A stretch of 64,000 nt of DNA from contig CAYVLA010000007.1 in NCBI GenBank assembly GCA_964452145.1, forward strand, positions 1 to 64,000, in the 5' to 3' direction. Both the position numbers and the translations under genes were made by a program. Under the pieces are notes generated by a model. It did no database searches and had not been told where the DNA came from. It saw nothing but the letters and a program-made list of their open reading frames with translations. The DNA comes from Candidatus Hadarchaeota archaeon. GTDB taxonomy: Archaea > CAYQAE01 > CAYVLA01. This document shows positions 57,399-64,000 of the stretch, piece by piece (the first letter of the stretch is position 1; each line of letters opens with the position of its first letter).

Positions 57399-58634
57399 TT
57401 GTCAGGGGACCACTGGGCACCGGGACGCGTCCAGTTAGGCCTGGTGATCGCGCTGTCACTTCTCATCGGCTCAGGTGCATCCACTAAGCCGAATGATAGG
57501 ATCTCCGTCTTCCTGATCGGCAGCGTCCATCCCGCACAGAACCCCTTCACGGGATACTTCATGCAGGACCCTCTGTTCACATACAGATTGGAACCGATAC
57601 CACCCGACATCGCCGACAGCGAGAAGCAGAAGTTGGACCGCATCTACTATCCTCGGACAAGGCAGGCGCTTATTGACAGCTTCGACCTCATCATCTTCAA
57701 CGATGCCCGAATCCAGCATTTCACGACAAAGCAGTTCCATGACCTTGACTTCGCCTTCAGGGAAGCTGGAATGGCCTCCGTTGCGACCTTTGGCCCTGCA
57801 TGGGAGCAGATCTGGAGAGTCTCAACGCTCTACGACACCTCCCCTGCCTACGATTACACCGATCAATGGTACCACGGCATCTTCTGGGTGGAGTTCCGCA
57901 AGAATCGGGACCCGGTATTCGACTCATTCGTCGACCTAGGCATGGAGAGGATACTGGGGGATGCCTATCACAAGATGGTGGAGAAGCAGGGTGCCACCGT
58001 CTGGGCGGACATGATGCCCCTTGGGACTCCATTTCTGATATCCTGGCGGCCGGGCGGGAACAAGGCCGGCCTTCAGTGGGTGTTCACGGACGGATTCAAT
58101 GCCAAGTGGTGGGGGATCTCGGGTTCCCAACACGCTGCGGGCACCATCGGAATCGAGGGAAGCAATCCCTATGCCATTGACATGGCGACCAATCTGGTCC
58201 TCTACTCCGTGGGGCAGCCTCTTGTGAGCGACATACACGCCCGGAGGGAGGCGAGATACCTGCTCTCCTCCCTTCGGGCCGAAAGATCATTGGCACTTCA
58301 GATGATGGAGTGGGCGGATAGCTTCGGCGCCAATACCTTCGACATGGCCCAACGTCTCGCCCAAGCCGAAGCCAGGGTCGGCCCGGCCATCGATAGCTAT
58401 GTAGAGCAGGAGTATGCGGATGCCATCGAGCGTCTCAATGTCATGTCTTCAGAGATCTCCGAGATCTCAAGGGACGCCGTCCGACTGAAGAACCAAGCCA
58501 TGTTCTGGGTATTCCTGTCGGAGTGGCTGGTTGTAACCTTCGCAGCTATCGTCTCGGGGGTATCACTGTGGACCCTGATGGTCCGCAGGAGGGCGTACAA
58601 AGCTGTTCGCACCACCAGATTGGAGGGCCTATGA
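57399..58634 (+). CDS. Secreted, C-terminally anchored protein of the uncharacterised paralogous family (copy 3)
   Basis: Signal-like N-terminus; RIYYPR; NPY; EWADSFGAN; QAMFWVFLSEW-TM-LWTLMVRRRAYKAVRTTRL. Confidence 0.88.
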   Translation: MSGDHWAPGRVQLGLVIALSLLIGSGASTKPNDRISVFLIGSVHPAQNPFTGYFMQDPLFTYRLEPIPPDIADSEKQKLDRIYYPRTRQALIDSFDLIIFNDARIQHFTTKQFHDLDFAFREAGMASVATFGPAWEQIWRVSTLYDTSPAYDYTDQWYHGIFWVEFRKNRDPVFDSFVDLGMERILGDAYHKMVEKQGATVWADMMPLGTPFLISWRPGGNKAGLQWVFTDGFNAKWWGISGSQHAAGTIGIEGSNPYAIDMATNLVLYSVGQPLVSDIHARREARYLLSSLRAERSLALQMMEWADSFGANTFDMAQRLAQAEARVGPAIDSYVEQEYADAIERLNVMSSEISEISRDAVRLKNQAMFWVFLSEWLVVTFAAIVSGVSLWTLMVRRRAYKAVRTTRLEGL

Positions 58635-58810
58635 GCGGGGTACCCACGGAGCCCGGTCTCCGACTGCCCAAACAAGTGAGAGCGCAGGGGAGCAAACGAT
58701 CCTTATAAGTGACCCCGAATCGAGTGTGGTTTCGGCAACACCGGGGAGGCCACGCTCCTCTCGCCCCACCCCCTGGCGTTTCGGGAGGAGTATTCCCGGG
58801 AGATGTGTGC

Positions 58811-60859
58811 GTGTCGCTGGTACTCCAAGATTCGGATAGAGGCTGTCCCTGGCTTTCGGATCTGAACCCTCAACAGCGGAAGGCGGCAACTTTCGGAGAA
58901 GGACCTCTTCTGGTAGTTGCGGGAGCGGGTAGCGGGAAGACCCGCACTCTGGCATACAGAGTTGCCTGGCTGATCGCGAACGGGACCGATCCCTCCCGGA
59001 TCCTCCTACTGACTTTCACGCGCAGAGCGGCCGAGGAGATGCTGAAGAGGGCCTCCGCTGTCATCAAGAAGGGCCCTTCCGTAACTGGCCGCGTTTGGGG
59101 AGGAACTTTTCATGCGGTAGGTAACAGGCTCCTCCGGATCTACTCGAAGTCGGCCGGGCTGAATCCTGGCTTCACCGTCATGGACCGGTCCGATTCCGAG
59201 GACATGCTCGATGTCATCCGCCATGAACTGGGGCTGCATGGTCGAGGCCACCGCTTCCCGCGCAAGCAGACCTGCATGGCCATATACTCACACTGCGTCA
59301 ACGCATCCCAGAAACTCGATGATGCCCTGAGAAGAAGTTTCCCTTGGTGTGCAGACTGCGAACAGGAACTGAGGTCTCTGTTCAGACGGTACGTCGAACG
59401 TAAGCAGGACGCAAACGTCCTGGACTATGACGATCTCCTCCTCTACTGGGCGCAGCTGGTTTCCGATGACAAGATCTCTCGGGAGATGGGCGAACGCTTC
59501 GATCACATACTCGTCGATGAGTACCAGGACACAAACCACACCCAGTCCTTGATTCTAAGAGGCATGCGGCGCCACAATCCAAACATCACGGCCGTCGGTG
59601 ACGATGCGCAGAGCATCTACAGCTTTCGCTCCGCAAACGTGCGAAACATGCTGGATTTCCCCAAACAGTTTGAGGGCACGACCGTCCTGACGCTCGAGGA
59701 GAACTACCGTTCCGTGATGCCGATCCTCCAGGTGACCAACAGGGTCATCGCCCATGCCAGGGAGAGGTACACCAAGGATCTCTGGTCGGTCCGAAGGCAA
59801 GGTGCCCGCCCCAAGCTTGTAACATGCAGAGACGAGCACGAGCAGGATGAATACGTCGTCACACGCGTTCTGGAGCACTACGAGGAGGGCATCAAGCTGA
59901 GGAAGCAGGCCGTCCTGTTCCGAGCGGCCCATCTGTCCGATAGCCTTGAGGTAGAACTGACCCGGCGCAACATACCCTACCACAAGTACGGAGGGCTGAG
60001 ATTCATCGAGTCCTCCCATGTGAAGGATCTCATAGCCTACCTGAGAGTGGCCGAGAATCCTCGAGACGAGATGGCGTGGTTCCGGATTCTTCAGCTGATC
60101 GACGGGATAGGGCCTTCAATCGCTGCCCGGATAATCACGCACCTGGTGGGCCAACAATGGGAGTTCAGGGCCCTATGCTCATCCAATTCTCCGCCGATGG
60201 CTCTCGATTCCCTTGATGCAATGGCCTCCATGATGGATGATATCCAGCTACAGCCCACGATGCCTCCATCGGCCCAGATCGAACGCATACGGGAGTTCTA
60301 TGATCCGCTTCTTCGCAAGCTCTACGAAAACTCCGTGATGAGAGTTCGGGATCTGGAGAACCTCGAGAGGATCGCCTCGAGGTATCGTTCACGAGCACAG
60401 TTCCTTGCGGACCTCCAGCTGGATCCTCCCACCTCAACGAGCGACCTAGCGGGGGCACCGGTCAAGGACGAGGACTGGTTGATCCTCTCCACCATCCACT
60501 CCGCAAAGGGATGTGAGTGGGACGTCGTCTACCTTATCCACGCCGCAGACGGCTTCCTTCCTTCCGACATGTCGACGGGATCGGAGGAGGAGATCGAGGA
60601 AGAGAGGCGGCTGACCTATGTAGCCATGACCAGGGCCCGGGACTTCCTCTACATCACATGGCCCTTCAGATACTATCACAAGACCCGCAGATACACGGAC
60701 AGCCACAGCTATGCCCAGCTCTGCCGCTTCCTCTCAGAGGACGTGCGTGCCATGCTTGATGAGGTCGACTTGGCGCATCTTGGTGCCGAGGAGGACGCCC
60801 TGCCCGATGAAACTGAGGAGGGAGACATCAAGGCGCGAATGCGCGCAATCTGGGCCTGA
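58811..60859 (+). CDS. ATP-dependent DNA helicase, UvrD/PcrA/Rep family
   Basis: LNPQQ, AGAGSGKT, LTFTRRAA, GTFH, VDEYQDTN, VGDDAQSIYSFR, ENYRS, STIHSAKG.EW, EERRL.YVAMTRA. Start uncertain (58709-58811). Confidence 0.93.
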   Translation: MSLVLQDSDRGCPWLSDLNPQQRKAATFGEGPLLVVAGAGSGKTRTLAYRVAWLIANGTDPSRILLLTFTRRAAEEMLKRASAVIKKGPSVTGRVWGGTFHAVGNRLLRIYSKSAGLNPGFTVMDRSDSEDMLDVIRHELGLHGRGHRFPRKQTCMAIYSHCVNASQKLDDALRRSFPWCADCEQELRSLFRRYVERKQDANVLDYDDLLLYWAQLVSDDKISREMGERFDHILVDEYQDTNHTQSLILRGMRRHNPNITAVGDDAQSIYSFRSANVRNMLDFPKQFEGTTVLTLEENYRSVMPILQVTNRVIAHARERYTKDLWSVRRQGARPKLVTCRDEHEQDEYVVTRVLEHYEEGIKLRKQAVLFRAAHLSDSLEVELTRRNIPYHKYGGLRFIESSHVKDLIAYLRVAENPRDEMAWFRILQLIDGIGPSIAARIITHLVGQQWEFRALCSSNSPPMALDSLDAMASMMDDIQLQPTMPPSAQIERIREFYDPLLRKLYENSVMRVRDLENLERIASRYRSRAQFLADLQLDPPTSTSDLAGAPVKDEDWLILSTIHSAKGCEWDVVYLIHAADGFLPSDMSTGSEEEIEEERRLTYVAMTRARDFLYITWPFRYYHKTRRYTDSHSYAQLCRFLSEDVRAMLDEVDLAHLGAEEDALPDETEEGDIKARMRAIWA

Positions 60860-61079
60860 TCGGAAGGCAGACCGTCCCTCATGGCCTAAGAGCACACTCG
60901 TGTGCCGCGGGAACTGGTGTAACCTCTCCATTCTTGGTGGTGACCCTGATTTCCAGACGCCGAACGTGGGTGGGGAAATGTTCGATGGCTTTATATTCGA
61001 TGCAAGACTGGTAGGGGGAGCGATCACTCCGATGTCCTGCAAAGCGTCGATGAAGCAGACGTTTGTCTGAGGAATAGTC

Positions 61080-62228
61080 GTGCAGAAAGCATCAGCGAAG
61101 CGTCGGACAGGCCACGATTCCACGACGGATCTTCTCCCCGCCGAGAAGCTGCCGGTCATCGAAGGTCTGCCGGAGATGTTCAGAATGAACGACGGCACGA
61201 GGGTTCGAGGTCGCAGGGACTGGGCCCGACGGCGCAACGAAATCAAAGCGATCATGCTGTACTATCAGTACGGCCATATCCCCCCTGCGCCCAGGAGGTG
61301 TACTGCGCATGAGACATCCTCACGGCCGGCCTACGATGGGGCCGCAACCGAGAAGCGCATCACGCTTCGGATCGGGCCAGCGCATGGCGTGGCGATACGG
61401 GTCGGCATGGTCATCCCGGTCGGCCGGGGCCCCTTCCCCGTGATCCTGAGGAACGACCGATGCTTGGGAGCAACGGCAATAGGCGAGGAGATCATCGGGC
61501 GTGGCTACATTCTCGCGGAGTACAACCGGCATGACATTGATCCGGACGGTCCCGACAGAAGCGATGGCGTCCATCCTGTCTACCCCGAGTTCGACTGGGG
61601 TACCCTGGCGGCGTGGGCCTGGGGCGGGATGCGGGCGGTGGATTACCTCCTGACGTTGGACGTCGTCGATGAGGGCAAGATCGCCTTCACCGGACACTCA
61701 AGGGGCGGCAAGACGGCACTGCTCGCAGGCGCACTGGACGGGAGGATCGCCCTGGTTTCACCGAACGGGTCGGGCACCGGAGGCGCAGGCTCGTACAGGA
61801 CAAAGGGCACGGGGGCCGAGAGGCTGGAGGATATCTCGAGGAACTTCCCGTACTGGTTCGTCCCCCGCCTCGCCGGCTTCGTGGGCCGGGAGAACAGGAT
61901 GCCCTTCGATCAGCACTTCCTCAGGGCTCTGGTTGCCCCCCGGGCGGTGCTATCGACAGATGCCCTGGGTGACCAGTGGGCAAACCCGCTGGGCACCCAA
62001 CACATGTTCGTCGCAGCCCAGCCCGCCTTTGACTGGCTGGGCGTCAGCGGGAACAATGCCATTCACTTCCGTCAGGGCGGACATGCCCAGGGGCCGGATG
62101 ACATAAGGGCGCTTCTCGACTTCGCGGACTGGGTGTTCTTCCACAGGGCTCCCAAGAGCGGCAGAAGGTTCAATGTCCTTCCTTTCCCGGATGAGCCAAG
62201 CACGTCCGACTGGAGGCCGCCGGGGTGA
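61080..62228 (+). CDS. CE15 glucuronoyl esterase-like alpha/beta hydrolase
   Basis: AAWAWG..RAVDYL, TGHSRGGK, SG.GG, PYWF, PFDQH.L.ALVAPR, D.WANP.G, R.GGH. Confidence 0.85.
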   Translation: MQKASAKRRTGHDSTTDLLPAEKLPVIEGLPEMFRMNDGTRVRGRRDWARRRNEIKAIMLYYQYGHIPPAPRRCTAHETSSRPAYDGAATEKRITLRIGPAHGVAIRVGMVIPVGRGPFPVILRNDRCLGATAIGEEIIGRGYILAEYNRHDIDPDGPDRSDGVHPVYPEFDWGTLAAWAWGGMRAVDYLLTLDVVDEGKIAFTGHSRGGKTALLAGALDGRIALVSPNGSGTGGAGSYRTKGTGAERLEDISRNFPYWFVPRLAGFVGRENRMPFDQHFLRALVAPRAVLSTDALGDQWANPLGTQHMFVAAQPAFDWLGVSGNNAIHFRQGGHAQGPDDIRALLDFADWVFFHRAPKSGRRFNVLPFPDEPSTSDWRPPG

Positions 62229-62274
62229 CCGTGGGTAGCGCATCAGAATGCAGGTTCGGCATCTCCGCGATTCT

Positions 62275-62303
62275 GCCCTAGGCCCTAGGCCTAGGCCTTA
62301 GGC
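62275..62303. repeat. Short tandem repeat of self-complementary GCC(C/T)TAG-like units
   Basis: GCCCTAG GCCCTAG GCCTAG GCCTTAG GC, directly upstream of a TTTTAAT box. Confidence 0.7.
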
Positions 62304-62346
62304 AATCCTTTTAATCTTGGCTTGTCCTCGCAGGACCGGTGAAACC

Positions 62347-64000
62347 ATGGCGATGTTTGAAGCATCTGACAGGGACCCGGGATGGACGACCTCTATCCCG
62401 ATCACCTACAACATTGACTATTCCGCCAACCACGTGGGCAATGATGAGTACATCAGGATGATAGCGGATGCCCCGCCGGTCCTGCTCCACGTCGGCCATG
62501 ACGTGCCCTTCAAGAGCATGTACGGACCGAACGAGCTTTTCCACTGCTTCGGGGAGAAGATGCTTGGACCAAGGGAGGTCGACGAGAGGATAGGCGTATT
62601 GACCGAGTACGTCCGCCGGCTACACGATGCCGGCGTCAGGTTGGTCATCCCCTACATCTGTTCCATGTTCATCTTCGGGGATGCGAAGAAGCGGACGGGA
62701 TTCTGGCAGTTCTATGATAGCTGGGAGAAATACTATAGATTCGGATTCGGGTCCAGACCCAGGAAGGATCCTCTAAGCTGGTGCTGCGAGAAACCCAGGA
62801 AACTGGACGCCAAGGGTTTCGACGCCGGGTACGTCTACGAGCCCTGCATTAGCAACCCGGACTGGCGTCGTTTCCTCAGAACTGTCGTAGGCCACATAGC
62901 CGAGGTCGGCTACGACGGGGTCTTCTCGGACGTGAATTCCTCCAGATGCCAGAAGGCATGCTGTCGACGGCTTTTCGCGGAGTACCTGGCGGCCCGCTAC
63001 ACATCGAAGGAGATCAGGGATCTCTTCGGCTTCGAAGCCCCGAGCAAGGTGCGTCTCGGACGCGAAGGCGAAGGTCTTCTATGGCTAGAGACCGTCAGGT
63101 TCAGGGGTGAGAGGATCGCCACCCTCTTTGCAGAGCTCCGCAACGAAGGAAGGAAGCACAGGGATACCTTCATAGTCACGCCCAACCTGAGCCCCTTCCA
63201 ACACGTGGACGGAGTCTGGAAGAGAGTCGGAAACACCCACCACTTCGGGGCCTGGGCGCGTGAATGCCCGATCATAATGTTCGAGGAAATGCAGCAGCCC
63301 GGCCTCTTCAGGCCCGGGGTGGTCTCCAACTTCGCATTTCAGTACAAGTATGCCTTCGCCCACGCGTCCAGGGCGGGGTGCCTGCTCTATCATGCGACCG
63401 ATCCCAGCGGCGTGCACATAGCGATTGCAGAAGCCGCGGCGGGAGGGGGAGGGGCGTTCATCCAGGGACATTACTCGTGTCCGGAGGTCAGAAAGGAATA
63501 CCGTGCCTTCTTCAGCGCGCACGGGGACCTTTTCGAGGGCTATGCGCCTCACTCCCCCGTGGGGCTGGTCTTCTCCTACGACCAGCTTGCGTGGGGCACA
63601 AGATCCCATCTGGAGAATGCCTTCAGGATAGCCGAAGAGCTCATGGCCCAGCACGTTCTCTTCGACATCGTGGCGGAAAGGAGCCTTCGCATCGAGGCTC
63701 TGAGACGATATAGTGTCCTGATCGCCTCGGATTTGGAGAACCTGTCCAGCACGCAGGTGAAGGCCCTTCTAGGATTCATGCAGGAAGGTGGCTGGCTGCT
63801 GGCGACGGGCAATCTGGGGGCTTTCGACGAGCGAGGCAGAAGAAGGCGCGGGGGGGCATTCGCCACCATACCCGCATCTTCGTGGAGCGAGATAGGAAGA
63901 GGTCTCCGGCGGGCAAGCTTCAGGAAGGGCGGGGGCCTCAAGGCAGACCGTCTCGACCGCCTTCTCTCCCCATCTCCGTTTGAGATCTTCCTGCTATCCG
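62347..64000 (+). CDS. Putative glycoside hydrolase (GH42/GHL-like TIM barrel plus beta-galactosidase trimerisation-like domain), 3' end outside the window
   Basis: Not in the ORF track because it has no stop in the window. Manual translation from ATG 62347 gives PCISNPDWR, GYDGVFSD, C.K.CC..LF.EYL, VGLVFS, YSVLI...LS...F.QEGG.LLATG; GGTGA SD. Confidence 0.7.
   Translation, partial: MAMFEASDRDPGWTTSIPITYNIDYSANHVGNDEYIRMIADAPPVLLHVGHDVPFKSMYGPNELFHCFGEKMLGPREVDERIGVLTEYVRRLHDAGVRLVIPYICSMFIFGDAKKRTGFWQFYDSWEKYYRFGFGSRPRKDPLSWCCEKPRKLDAKGFDAGYVYEPCISNPDWRRFLRTVVGHIAEVGYDGVFSDVNSSRCQKACCRRLFAEYLAARYTSKEIRDLFGFEAPSKVRLGREGEGLLWLETVRFRGERIATLFAELRNEGRKHRDTFIVTPNLSPFQHVDGVWKRVGNTHHFGAWARECPIIMFEEMQQPGLFRPGVVSNFAFQYKYAFAHASRAGCLLYHATDPSGVHIAIAEAAAGGGGAFIQGHYSCPEVRKEYRAFFSAHGDLFEGYAPHSPVGLVFSYDQLAWGTRSHLENAFRIAEELMAQHVLFDIVAERSLRIEALRRYSVLIASDLENLSSTQVKALLGFMQEGGWLLATGNLGAFDERGRRRRGGAFATIPASSWSEIGRGLRRASFRKGGGLKADRLDRLLSPSPFEIFLLS

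Noticed and set aside
57163..57438. Open frame continuing after the GH106 TAG (GSCPTCGD...), possible pyrrolysine readthrough
   Set aside because: SGLLGPV plus a short tail is the natural end of this family, the extension lacks coding bias, and no pyl genes are in the window.
1..64000. CRISPR array, rRNA, integrase/transposase, and the many antisense ORFs in the track
   Set aside because: No regularly spaced repeats or such genes were seen; the long antisense ORFs are expected shadows of GC-rich genes.

Overview
GC-rich window that is almost certainly archaeal. The evidence is a tRNA-Pro(GGG) with a bulge-helix-bulge intron at the non-canonical 32/33 position, a Ser/His (Sec11-type) signal peptidase, an AbrB-PhoU regulator, and several genes with a TATA-like box about 25-30 nt before the start codon. 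A Thermoproteota lineage such as Bathyarchaeia or Brockarchaeota is my inference, not a demonstrated assignment. The window holds a nitrogen-assimilation block (glnA, small hypothetical protein, hisC, 4Fe-4S protein, NAD(P)/FAD oxidoreductase), three UroD/MtaA-superfamily paralogues, a Ni/Co ECF transporter, AOR-hypB with a convergent hypA, a P-type ATPase and a UvrD helicase. It also has many carbohydrate-processing genes (GH106-like, CE15-like, DUF4038, DUF4838, beta-propeller GHs, deacetylase, DegT aminotransferase). The most interesting items are: (1) an uncharacterised, dispersed family of secreted, C-terminally anchored ~410-430 aa proteins (3 intact copies plus 1 decayed copy) with a strongly conserved C-terminal anchor/tail; (2) a 59-aa C2H2 zinc-finger gene missed by the ORF track, with a perfect inverted repeat at its start; (3) a ~100-nt structured intergenic element that may be an ncRNA; (4) a hidden thioredoxin remnant and a second frameshifted small gene; (5) a deacetylase-DegT-atypical cysteine hydrolase operon followed by a LamG domain split by a 7-bladed propeller. 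I saw no CRISPR array, rRNA or intact mobile element. All product calls come from motif recognition by eye; no searches were run.
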